Origin: Ignavibacteriaceae bacterium
GTDB taxonomy: Bacteria > Bacteroidota > Ignavibacteria > Ignavibacteriales > Ignavibacteriaceae
Reading direction: 5' to 3'
DNA length: 64,000 nucleotides
NCBI GenBank assembly: GCA_049291095.1
Contig: JBATOT010000125.1
Span: 1,447 to 65,446, forward strand
The notes beneath the pieces are model-generated. The model was not told the DNA's origin and did no database searches. It saw only the letters and a list, made by a program, of their open reading frames with translations. The position numbers and the translations under genes were made by a program. The number at the start of each line of letters is the position of its first letter. Positions within the stretch are counted from its first letter, which is position 1. Of this stretch, positions 37,292 through 47,711 are shown in pieces.

Positions 37292-37300
37292 AAAATAATA

Positions 37301-37340
37301 TGAGAATCAGGCTTACCTGATTCTCATTTTATTTATTTTT
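37301..37340 (+). terminator. Strong rho-independent terminator closing the sigma-54 operon
   Basis: Perfect 11-bp stem TGAGAATCAGG-CTTA-CCTGATTCTCA followed by TTTTATTTATTTTT. Confidence 0.85.
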
Positions 37341-37345
37341 AATTA

Positions 37346-38107
37346 ATGAAAAAAAATATAATTCTAAAAAGATTTGCTAATCTACTAATTATAATCATTT
37401 TATTAGGTTGCTCCAGAGATGATAGTTATAATAATACAGATCCTCCGGAAATAGAGTTAATTAATCCATTACAAGAATTCAGTCTCACCATCTCTGAACC
37501 TTCAGCAGTTGCGTATAATTCTGTTAACAATTCTTTAATGATTGTATCTGACGGAAGCCCAATTATATATGAGGTAGGTTTTGATGGTTCAGTAATTTCA
37601 TCCTTCACTACAACTTGTTCTGATCTTGAGGGTATAACGCTCTCAAAAAATTGTGACACGATTTATGTAACACAAGAAAAGAAAAAACTTGTAACAGCTT
37701 TAAACCTTAGTGGTAATACTCTGTATTCCTTTTTAGTTGATGTTGCTATATCTGATAACAGTGCTTTGGAAGGTATATCAATCAATAAAAATAATAACCA
37801 TTTATTTGTGATAAATGAAAAAGATCCAATAATGTTGTTGGAATTTCTTGGAACAACAGAGATTAGCAGAATATTGATTGATAAGGTATCAGATATTTCA
37901 GATGTGTTTTATGAAGAATCGTCAAATTCAATATGGATTATTAGTGATGAATCCCAAAAAATTCTCAAATATTCTTCCTCCGGGGTGTTTATTAAAGAAT
38001 GGAAAATTCCCTTTACAAAAGGTGAAGGATTAACAATTGTTGGCAATAAGATGTATATAGTAAATGATAGTAATGCAAAACTGTATGTTTTTAACAAAGC
38101 AAGTTAA
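37346..38107 (+). CDS. SdiA-regulated / YjiK-like beta-propeller lipoprotein
   Basis: Lipobox IILLGCS. Repeated motifs (EPSAVAYNSVNNSLMIVSD, DLEGITL, ALEGISINKNNNHLFVINEKDP, SDISDVFYEESSNSIWIISDES, GEGLTIVGNKMYIVNDSN) are typical of the SdiA-regulated domain family. Confidence 0.7.
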   Translation: MKKNIILKRFANLLIIIILLGCSRDDSYNNTDPPEIELINPLQEFSLTISEPSAVAYNSVNNSLMIVSDGSPIIYEVGFDGSVISSFTTTCSDLEGITLSKNCDTIYVTQEKKKLVTALNLSGNTLYSFLVDVAISDNSALEGISINKNNNHLFVINEKDPIMLLEFLGTTEISRILIDKVSDISDVFYEESSNSIWIISDESQKILKYSSSGVFIKEWKIPFTKGEGLTIVGNKMYIVNDSNAKLYVFNKAS

Positions 38108-38253
38108 AATGTAATTGAATGATCTTTAATCAATTATGATTATACGATTTCGAGTAAATTAAAATTATCTTTGAAATGGAAAATGAATTCTATTTGTTTA
38201 ACGTCTAAAAAATGGATATGTCCATGTTTTCTGAATAAAGAAAAGGATTAGTT

Positions 38254-39834
38254 ATGAAAAAAAATGTTTTACTTTTAATTGTTTCGCTATTTGTAATTTT
38301 AATGATGCAAACCAGTTTTGCAATTTCACCTTTAATGAACGAATTATTCTCCAGGGGGACCGCAGTAGAATTGGACTGGATTGAAATTTATAACGCATCT
38401 TCTAACCCTTTTGATATCTCTGGATATAAGATTTATGATATTGGTGGACAGAGCGGATCAAAACCGAAAAAAGTTTTTCCAGCAGGCAGTATTATTCCAG
38501 CAAATGGTTTTTTAGTTATTATCGTTGATGATACTTCCGAGAGTGGTTTTGGCTTATCTAGCAATGGTGAACGAGTTTGGTTTGAAACTGATGCGGGCTT
38601 AATCATTGATAGTGTGGATCTAATTGCAATTACAGATCTCGAGGCATCTTATGGAAGAGTTCCTGATGGAAGCTCAAACTTCCAAATAATTTCTCCAAGA
38701 ACTCGTGGAACAGCTAATGGTACTTTGGATTTTCCGGTTGTTATGAATGAGTTATTTTCGAGGGGCACAAATGATGAACCCGATTGGATAGAAATTTACA
38801 ATTCTTCAGCCACGTCTTTTGATATTTCAGGATGCAAAATTTATGATAGTGGCGGATTTAATGGAACAAAACCTAAAAAAGAATTTCCTGCTGGATCTGT
38901 TATACCTGCAAATGGATTTTTAGTGATTATGGTTGATGATACTGCTGCTAGTGGTTTCGGGCTTTCGAGCAGCGGAGAAAAAGTTTGGTTTGAAAATGCT
39001 TCAGGAGAAATTTTAGATAGTGTTGATCTAATTGCTATCACTGATACAGCAGCATCCTATGGAAGATTACCGGACGGAAGTGATAACTGGCAAACATTGG
39101 TACCGAGAACTCGCGGTTATTCAAATGTACCCGTTAGTGCTGTAGTTTTGATCAACGAGTTGTTTTCAAGAGGAATAGAATCGGAACTTGATTGGATAGA
39201 AATATACAACTCTTCAGTGTCTCCCGTAGATATTTCAGGATATAAAATTTACGATGGTGGTGGAAATGCTGGAACTAAACCTAAAAAAGAATTTCCGGCT
39301 GGTTCAGTTATTCCTGCAAATGGATTTTTAGTAATTATTGTAGATGATACTGCTGCAAGTGGTTTTGGATTATCAAGCGGTGGAGAAAAAGTCTGGTTTG
39401 AAAATGCAACTGGAGCAATAATAGACAGTGTAGATTTGGTTGCTATAACAGATACAGCTGCTTCCTTTGGAAGATATCCTGATGGAAGTGCAAACTGGCA
39501 GATACTAATTCCGAGAACCCGTGGAGTTGCAAACATGTTGACTGCTGTTGAGGATGAAATTCAACAAATTTCTGAGTTTAGATTAAATCAAAATTATCCA
39601 AACCCTTTTAATCCAGCTACAACAATAAGTTTTACTATTGCCGCAACTAGTGATGTTACATTAAAAGTGTTTAATGTCCTTGGAAAAGAAGTTGCTACTG
39701 TTGTTAATGAAATGAAAAGTGCCGGAAATTATTCTATAATCTTTAATTCTAGCGGATTAAGCAGTGGAGTCTATTTCTATCAGTTAAAAGCTGATAATAT
39801 TGTTTTAACAAAGAAATTTGTTTTGATGAAATAA
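38254..39834 (+). CDS. Secreted protein with three tandem lamin-tail domains and a T9SS C-terminal sorting domain
   Basis: Signal peptide, then 3 LTD units of 136 aa each, then a C-terminal NQNYPNPFNPATTISF...GVYFYQLKADNIVLTKKFVLMK typical of T9SS CTDs. Confidence 0.9.
   Translation: MKKNVLLLIVSLFVILMMQTSFAISPLMNELFSRGTAVELDWIEIYNASSNPFDISGYKIYDIGGQSGSKPKKVFPAGSIIPANGFLVIIVDDTSESGFGLSSNGERVWFETDAGLIIDSVDLIAITDLEASYGRVPDGSSNFQIISPRTRGTANGTLDFPVVMNELFSRGTNDEPDWIEIYNSSATSFDISGCKIYDSGGFNGTKPKKEFPAGSVIPANGFLVIMVDDTAASGFGLSSSGEKVWFENASGEILDSVDLIAITDTAASYGRLPDGSDNWQTLVPRTRGYSNVPVSAVVLINELFSRGIESELDWIEIYNSSVSPVDISGYKIYDGGGNAGTKPKKEFPAGSVIPANGFLVIIVDDTAASGFGLSSGGEKVWFENATGAIIDSVDLVAITDTAASFGRYPDGSANWQILIPRTRGVANMLTAVEDEIQQISEFRLNQNYPNPFNPATTISFTIAATSDVTLKVFNVLGKEVATVVNEMKSAGNYSIIFNSSGLSSGVYFYQLKADNIVLTKKFVLMK
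38335..39550 (+). repeat. Three tandem 408-nt coding repeats (LTD units)
   Basis: Units start at 38335 (MNELFSRGT), 38743 (MNELFSRGT) and 39151 (INELFSRGI). Long identical peptide runs occur, e.g. GTKPKKEFPAGSVIPANGFLVI and VDDTAASGFGLSS.GEKVWFENA. Confidence 0.85.
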
Positions 39835-39860
39835 AAGTTTTTAAAAAACTATTTCTGATT

Positions 39861-39897
39861 GAGTTCATTCTGCCAAAGTGGAATGAACTCTTTTTTT
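39861..39897 (+). terminator. Rho-independent terminator (between convergent genes)
   Basis: Perfect 10-bp stem GAGTTCATTC / GAATGAACTC with a 10-nt loop, followed by TTTTTTT. Confidence 0.8.
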
Positions 39898-41587
39898 ATA
39901 CATCCACTTTAAATGATTTAAATCCAATTCTAATTGAAGTGAATGAAATTATGAAGGCAAGAATTCCCAGGATTACACTTGTAATAATCAGATTCCAGGA
40001 AGAAATCAATAATCCTTGTTCAACAGAAAAAAAATAATTTGAGACTGGAATAAATAGTATTGCAATTATTAAAACCAGATAGAATAGTGTAAACAGAAAA
40101 GTAATTGACGCTCCTTGTGATGAGGCTAATCTTATTGCATTTTTTTCTTTGTAGTTCGCAAAAATTCCGCCCATACCAAAGTTTAAACTAACTAAAGTAA
40201 TTGTTGTAATAGCAGCATTAATTTGCGCAATTATAGATAGTTGAAAAGGGAATTGATAGTTTGAAAAAAAGCTAATTAGTTGTCCAATAAAAAATATTAT
40301 GGAAAAATATATTAATAATCTTTTGGATAATAACTGACTGAAATCAATTGGAGCGCTTCTAATTTTCCAGAGCGCCTCACCTTCAAGACTAATTAATGGG
40401 AACACGAATCTTAAAGACAAAGACGCAACCAGGAAAACATTAAAGAGTGTAACAATTAAATAAACAACCGTTTTTAAATATTGATTGTAAGCTTTCAGGA
40501 TTATTATATCGATGCCTGAAATGCTGGAAACAAAAATTGTAATTAAGAATATCATAACTAGCATGTGCAGCCATTGACTGGGTTCACGAAAGAAAAGCCA
40601 AAACTCTCTTTTTAATATTGATTCATCAAAACCTTTAACCCATGAAGTTCTCTCGAATCCAAAAACTTTATTTTGTTTTCTACTTCTGGATTTTAACTCA
40701 GCTGTGATTTTTAACGATGTTAACCATGTCTGATAATACCACTTATTAGCCAGCCATAGAGTTATACTGAAGATGAAAATTGAAGTAATTAAGTTTGCAT
40801 AAATAAATGGAATAGCTCGTTCAATCCGGTTTTCAGAAATCCAGTAAAGTGATTCTGCTACCCAGTAGTTTGGCATAAATTTTACCAAACCATTCTCTAA
40901 AAATCCAAAGTATTGATCGATGTGTGGATAATAATCAAATACGCGTTCAACCAGTTTTATTGGATTGCTAACAAAATAAAAAGTTATAATTCCTATCCCA
41001 TAAACACTGCCAATTATTCCAAGAACTTTTTTAATTCCCCATCTTGAAGACAATTTTAAAATTGCCAGTAATACTATTGCCCCGGCAGAACCGGCGGTGA
41101 ACATAAATGGTAAAATCAATAAGAAAAAAACAAATGGATAAACCCAAATAGCATAGTTAAAATAATTTCCATACCCAAGTACTACAGCAGATATTATCAG
41201 AAGTAAAGTAGTTGAACTGTAAAAAAAGTTATCCAAAAACTTGATTAAAAATATTTTGGTGAATGAAACAGGTTTTGTTATAAGATGATAGACTTCTTTT
41301 GATTTATAAAGGGTAGAAAAAGATACAACCATATTTCCAACATTTATAGCGATAAAAAAAATAAAGAGCACTACAAGAACAAACCTGTGAAGTAAAAATG
41401 TTCCAATTCTTACATTAACTAATAGGTACTCAATTGTACTTTGAGTCATTAAAAAACAGCCGTATGCAAAAATTACATAAACAATAGCTGAGCCCATACT
41501 TTTTATAAATGCAGCAAAGTTAAAAGGCGAGTTTACTTTTAAGAAAATAACAATTTTGTAATAAAGTATGTGAAATAGGTCTTTCAT
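39896..41587 (-). CDS. Polytopic membrane protein, putative ABC exporter permease component
   Basis: 563 aa with at least 12 hydrophobic helices. It is translationally coupled to the upstream ABC ATPase, whose stop overlaps its start at 41587. Confidence 0.6.
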   Translation of the reverse strand: MKDLFHILYYKIVIFLKVNSPFNFAAFIKSMGSAIVYVIFAYGCFLMTQSTIEYLLVNVRIGTFLLHRFVLVVLFIFFIAINVGNMVVSFSTLYKSKEVYHLITKPVSFTKIFLIKFLDNFFYSSTTLLLIISAVVLGYGNYFNYAIWVYPFVFFLLILPFMFTAGSAGAIVLLAILKLSSRWGIKKVLGIIGSVYGIGIITFYFVSNPIKLVERVFDYYPHIDQYFGFLENGLVKFMPNYWVAESLYWISENRIERAIPFIYANLITSIFIFSITLWLANKWYYQTWLTSLKITAELKSRSRKQNKVFGFERTSWVKGFDESILKREFWLFFREPSQWLHMLVMIFLITIFVSSISGIDIIILKAYNQYLKTVVYLIVTLFNVFLVASLSLRFVFPLISLEGEALWKIRSAPIDFSQLLSKRLLIYFSIIFFIGQLISFFSNYQFPFQLSIIAQINAAITTITLVSLNFGMGGIFANYKEKNAIRLASSQGASITFLFTLFYLVLIIAILFIPVSNYFFSVEQGLLISSWNLIITSVILGILAFIISFTSIRIGFKSFKVDV

Positions 41588-42306
41588 TATTTAGTAAGAT
41601 GAAGAAATAATGATTCTAAGCTATTGTGATTGGACCCTTTAACTTGTTCAAGAACTTCTTTTGTATCTGAAAATATCATACTTCCATCTTTAATAATTCC
41701 AATCTTCGTGCAAATTTCTTCTGCAACATTTAAACTGTGGGTAGACATGAAGACCGCCGATCCGTTATCAGCTTTTTCCTTTAAAATATTTTTTACAATT
41801 ACCGCACTCTGTGGATCGAGTCCGACCATAGGCTCATCCACTACAAGAAGTTTTGGATCGTGGAGTAGAGCAGAGGCAATTGTGATTCTTTGCTTCATAC
41901 CTTGTGAATACTCTTCAGTTCTTTTATCAACCCAATCACCTATTTTAAGCTTTTCAATTGTCTCATCAATTTTGTTCCTTAACACATTTTTAGGGATTGA
42001 ATATAGTCCACCACTGAAATAAAGAAATTCTCTACCAGTTAATTTTTCATAAATAAACGGCTGATCAGGTATATATCCGATTAATGATTTTGCTTTGATA
42101 GGATCTTTTACAATATCGTAACCATTTATAAGTATTCTTCCTTCGGTCGCAGTATAAAGTCCTGAAATCATTTTTATCGTGGTTGTCTTTCCCGCTCCAT
42201 TTTGACCAAGAAACCCAAAAAAATCACCCTCGTTAACTTTTAGATTAAGATTATTAACTGCAGTAAAATTTCCGAACTTTTTTGTAAGATTAATTAACTC
42301 GAGCAT
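41587..42306 (-). CDS. ABC transporter ATP-binding protein
   Basis: Walker A GQNGAGKTT, signature YSQGMKQR, Walker B LLVVDEP, and H-loop STH. Confidence 0.93.
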   Translation of the reverse strand: MLELINLTKKFGNFTAVNNLNLKVNEGDFFGFLGQNGAGKTTTIKMISGLYTATEGRILINGYDIVKDPIKAKSLIGYIPDQPFIYEKLTGREFLYFSGGLYSIPKNVLRNKIDETIEKLKIGDWVDKRTEEYSQGMKQRITIASALLHDPKLLVVDEPMVGLDPQSAVIVKNILKEKADNGSAVFMSTHSLNVAEEICTKIGIIKDGSMIFSDTKEVLEQVKGSNHNSLESLFLHLTK

Positions 42307-42367
42307 TTATATCCGTAAGGTTGATTGTGAAAAAAATATTAGAACAGTTGAATTGAATATAGAAAGA

Positions 42368-44695
42368 TTATGTCTCAGTTGAACGCAGGATAGTCAGATC
42401 TTCAAACGTAATCAGCATTAAATCATTTTCATTAATGTTCTGGGATTTTAAAATTCTATCCTCTTGTATTGCTATCGCTTTATTTAGAATTTCTTTAATT
42501 GTTCTGCTGTTATAAAAGTTTTTACGTTTCTCTTTTTTAAGTTCAACAATTAGTTCCATCAATTGCTGCCATGCGCCTTCATCCAGCTGATAATTTTTCT
42601 TCTGACAAATATTTAAAGCTATCTCTAATAATTGTCTTGTTGTATAAGGTTCAAAATTAAAGACATTAGGAAATTGGTTTTCTAATACAGGAAAATTATT
42701 TAACAATGATTCAATTTCCTCTCTTGATCCAGAAAGTAACGCAACAACATCATCATTAATCAGGTACAATTTTTTTAAGAAATATTGTAATAATGATTCA
42801 CTAAAATCATTTGTGCATTGTAAAGCAGCCACAGTATCATTTACTAAAATAACATTACCAAGCAGATTTTTAAATAACTCATCCATCATTAAATATGCAT
42901 CAAGTTTTCCTAACCCGAAAAAGGTAGAGCCATCAATTTCTATTAGCTGACCTTTAGTTATTCGACCCGAATCTTTCAAACTTTTTGCGTATAATCTTGA
43001 TATAGTCGATGTGCCTGATCCATGTTCTGATATAAAAATTGCATTCAAGTTTTTGTGTACAGAAGCTATGGATCGTTCTTTCTTTAATCTATCAACTTTT
43101 ATTGATGCAAGTATTCTATTAAAAACTATTTTAACATCTTCAAGTCCAACAAGATTATTTACTTCGTTTAAGTACTTTTCAACCTTTACCTCTTGTAATA
43201 AACTTCCTGTATCTCTGTTTTTAAGATTTATTAATGCGGTTTGAATGTCGTCCTTAAGTAGTGTATTTAACGAAGAAAAATCCTTTTCACTTTCTTCCAG
43301 AAGTTGATATCGTTTACTTAGTTCGACTTTAGATTCATTAAACAGATTCCTGATATATCTGGCGTTCCCAAATGTTTCATTTGCTCCAGTACAAATTGTT
43401 TCCAGTCTTTCTGTTAAAAATATTTCAGTATCGTTATCAACTAAATATTTTTCTTTATTAGAAAATAGTTTAAATATAGAAGTTAGCTCCTTTGCTGAAT
43501 AGTCATCAAATGAAAAATAATGAGTAAAACGTGATTTTAGTCCTGGATTGGACTCTAAAAAATTTTGCATTGGGGCAGGATATCCAGCTGCAATAACAAA
43601 AAACTTTCCTTTATAATCTTCCATCCTTTTAAGGATAATATCTATCGCTTCTTGTCCAAAATCTTGTCCACTTTTTTCTTTCTTTAAAGAATAAGCCTCA
43701 TCAATAAAAAGAATTCCTCCCAAAGCTTGATTAATAACTTTTTCAGTTTTTTGTGCGGTCTCACCGATATATTCACCAATAAGTTCTGCACGATCAACTT
43801 CTATAACATGCCCATTTTCCAATATTCCTATTGATTTAAAGAACTTGCCTAACAACCTTGCTACAGTTGTTTTTCCAGTACCAGGGTTTCCTAAAAATAT
43901 ACAATTAGCTGAAATACTTTCTTCTGTTTGTACACCCTGTTTTTTCCTTTCATTAACAAAATTTAAGTAAGTAATAAAATCTTTTAATGATTGTTTTAAA
44001 TTTGTCAGTCCAACCAGATTTTCAAATTCTGAGAAGAGTGAGGGTAATGATATATTTTCAAAAGAAGTTTTATGAAGTTGTGCAATTGTTTTAGGTTGTT
44101 GGGTATTTTGCTTACTCAGAAATTCATTTTCAATAGAATTAGTGTAGTTAAAGTTTACTATTTCTTCATTTCCAATTTGAAATGTGTGCCTTAGAACCAA
44201 ATTATTATCAATTAATATTTCAATTTTTCCTTCACCTTGTTTCCAAAAACCTGGTAATGGTGTGCCCCAGCTTTGTACGAATTCAACAAGTTCCCAATCT
44301 TTTTTTGCCTCAAGATTAAAAGTGTTGCGTCCAACTTCTTCATCCTCAAAATACCAAATTGTTAATCCGGCGTGGATGGAATCAACATCTTTATAATTAG
44401 GATTTTTTAGAGTAATTTCAGCTGCTGCATAACTGGTTCGCGATTCATCAAGTTGGAGTAAATAAGTTCGTTTTTCTGATTGGAGTGATTCTTCAAGGTT
44501 GAACATTCTTACCGTGTGGGTTTCGTATTTACTTGAAAAAAAGAAATTATTTCCGATCGATGATTTATCCACTTTTGATCTATTGACTAAAATCTCTGAA
44601 GATCTTACTCCCCTTAAGAGTAATTCTTTAGATTTTAAATCATTCTCTGTATTTGATTTCATATTATCTGATGCTGAATGAATGACAAAAATCAT
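42368..44695 (-). CDS. CbbX/SpoVK-type AAA+ ATPase with unknown N-terminal domain and a second, degenerate AAA-like module
   Basis: Walker A GNPGTGKTTVARLLGKFF and Walker B GGILFIDEAYSL. The second module has GSGTST (no Lys) and VILVNDT. The first 230 aa or so contain no motif I recognise. Confidence 0.8.
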   Translation of the reverse strand: MIFVIHSASDNMKSNTENDLKSKELLLRGVRSSEILVNRSKVDKSSIGNNFFFSSKYETHTVRMFNLEESLQSEKRTYLLQLDESRTSYAAAEITLKNPNYKDVDSIHAGLTIWYFEDEEVGRNTFNLEAKKDWELVEFVQSWGTPLPGFWKQGEGKIEILIDNNLVLRHTFQIGNEEIVNFNYTNSIENEFLSKQNTQQPKTIAQLHKTSFENISLPSLFSEFENLVGLTNLKQSLKDFITYLNFVNERKKQGVQTEESISANCIFLGNPGTGKTTVARLLGKFFKSIGILENGHVIEVDRAELIGEYIGETAQKTEKVINQALGGILFIDEAYSLKKEKSGQDFGQEAIDIILKRMEDYKGKFFVIAAGYPAPMQNFLESNPGLKSRFTHYFSFDDYSAKELTSIFKLFSNKEKYLVDNDTEIFLTERLETICTGANETFGNARYIRNLFNESKVELSKRYQLLEESEKDFSSLNTLLKDDIQTALINLKNRDTGSLLQEVKVEKYLNEVNNLVGLEDVKIVFNRILASIKVDRLKKERSIASVHKNLNAIFISEHGSGTSTISRLYAKSLKDSGRITKGQLIEIDGSTFFGLGKLDAYLMMDELFKNLLGNVILVNDTVAALQCTNDFSESLLQYFLKKLYLINDDVVALLSGSREEIESLLNNFPVLENQFPNVFNFEPYTTRQLLEIALNICQKKNYQLDEGAWQQLMELIVELKKEKRKNFYNSRTIKEILNKAIAIQEDRILKSQNINENDLMLITFEDLTILRSTET

Positions 44696-44740
44696 TTTTT
44701 ACAAATATTTCAAATACCTTGCCATCTCAAAAAGGCTTAA

Positions 44741-44774
44741 TAAAAACAAAAAAGGCGAGGGGAAACCTCGCCTT
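44741..44774 (-). terminator. Rho-independent terminator of groEL
   Basis: The minus strand reads AAGGCGAGG-TTTCC-CCTCGCCTT followed by TTTTTGTTTTT. Confidence 0.85.
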
Positions 44775-44799
44775 GTAAATTTAACAGAACTAAGTTCTA

Positions 44800-46440
<1,641 letters not shown>

Positions 46441-46464
46441 TTATTCCTTTATTTTGATAATTAA

Positions 46465-46764
46465 TTACTTACCTAAAATTCCGAAGATGTCACTCTCACG
46501 CATAATGAGATATTCTTCGCCATTAATTGTTACTTCAGTTCCGCTGTATTTACCGTAAAGAACTTTGTCACCAACTTTAACTTCCATTTTAATTGCTTTA
46601 CCATCGTCTGTAACTTTACCAGGACCAACGGCAACAACAGTACCTTCAACTGGTTTTTCTTTTACTGTATCTGGCAAAATGATTCCGCCAGCAGTTTTTT
46701 CTTCTGCAGCAGCAGGTTTAACAACAACTCTGTCACCAAGCGGTTTTAACTTGATTTCACTCAT
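46465..46764 (-). CDS. groS: Co-chaperonin GroES (Cpn10)
   Basis: 99 aa ([13 protein letters not shown]...GGIILPDT...GTVVAVGPG), located upstream of groEL. Confidence 0.97.
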   Translation of the reverse strand: MSEIKLKPLGDRVVVKPAAAEEKTAGGIILPDTVKEKPVEGTVVAVGPGKVTDDGKAIKMEVKVGDKVLYGKYSGTEVTINGEEYLIMRESDIFGILGK

Positions 46765-46795
46765 AATTAGCTCCTTTTTTAGTTTATTAAATTAG

Positions 46796-46822
46796 TTAGC
46801 ACTCTCAAAAGACGAGTGCTAA
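46796..46822. promoter_or_regulatory. CIRCE operator (HrcA binding site)
   Basis: TTAGCACTC-N9-GAGTGCTAA is a perfect match to the CIRCE consensus. It lies in the groES 5' leader. Confidence 0.92.
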
Positions 46823-46849
46823 TATACACTTGAATTGAAATTTTGTCAA
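46821..46849 (-). promoter_or_regulatory. Sigma-70-type promoter of groES-groEL
   Basis: On the minus strand, TTGACA (46849-46844), a 17-nt spacer, then TATATT (46826-46821). The -10 element abuts CIRCE. Confidence 0.7.
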
Positions 46850-46917
46850 TAATCTGAGCTTTGGATGTGATATAAAATGCTTAATTTTGATTTGAAATTA
46901 AACTATTTAAGATTTAC

Positions 46918-47703
46918 GTGAAAAATATTATTTCAGACATAAAATATTTAATCCAAAAGATCAAGGAACTTGATAAAAAGACAGTAATTGTTCTTATGTC
47001 TGTAGCAATTTTACAAACAGTTTCATACTATTTTACTTCCCGCAGATTTTTTAGAGCTAATTTATTCGAGACCTTTCAAAATTATTCTCAACCATATCTA
47101 ATAGAATTTGTTTACTGGTTTGTTGGTGATTTTTTAACCTTTTTTATCCTTGGTATTCTTATCATCAAACTAATCTTGAAAGAAAATCTTAAGGATTATG
47201 GATTACAGTTTGGTGATTACAAAACAGGATTAAAGTATTCCTCAATCTTTCTGTTAGTAATGATAGTTCTAATCTGGTTTGTTTCAGCAACTCCGGCTTT
47301 TGCAGAAAAATATCCCCACCTTTCTGATGCAAAAACTAATTGGAACATTTTATTGATTTACGAATTGGGAATGTTGCTGTACATGTTTGCCTGGGAATTT
47401 ATTTGGCGTGGATTTATGATTTTTGGTCTTGAAAAAAAGTTTGGATATTATTCTGTAATGATTCAAATGATTCCATTTGTGATCCTACATAACGGAAAAC
47501 CTTTTCTTGAAACCTTTGGAGCCATCTTTGGCGGAATCGCACTTGGAATTCTTGCTTTAAGAACTCGCTCATTTTACTATTGTGTAGTTACACATATTGG
47601 TGTTATGTTCACGATAGATTTTATTTCAACTTTGCGATTTAGAGCAAACGATTATGGAATAGGATTAACATCATTTGTAAATTTGATTAAACAATTATTT
47701 TAG
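46918..47703 (+). CDS. CPBP-family intramembrane glutamic endopeptidase (CAAX protease-like)
   Basis: Polytopic. Motif 1 EFIWRGF (EExxxR-like), then FVILHNG and a later TH. GTG start. Confidence 0.7.
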   Translation: MKNIISDIKYLIQKIKELDKKTVIVLMSVAILQTVSYYFTSRRFFRANLFETFQNYSQPYLIEFVYWFVGDFLTFFILGILIIKLILKENLKDYGLQFGDYKTGLKYSSIFLLVMIVLIWFVSATPAFAEKYPHLSDAKTNWNILLIYELGMLLYMFAWEFIWRGFMIFGLEKKFGYYSVMIQMIPFVILHNGKPFLETFGAIFGGIALGILALRTRSFYYCVVTHIGVMFTIDFISTLRFRANDYGIGLTSFVNLIKQLF

Positions 47704-47711
47704 GTTTTAAG

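Noticed and set aside
38841-39536. Antisense ORFs 38841-39041 and 39249-39536 inside the 3xLTD gene
   Set aside because: They are mirror images of the tandem coding repeats, so the two antisense peptides are near-identical to each other. They lack starts with plausible context and lie opposite a strongly supported gene.
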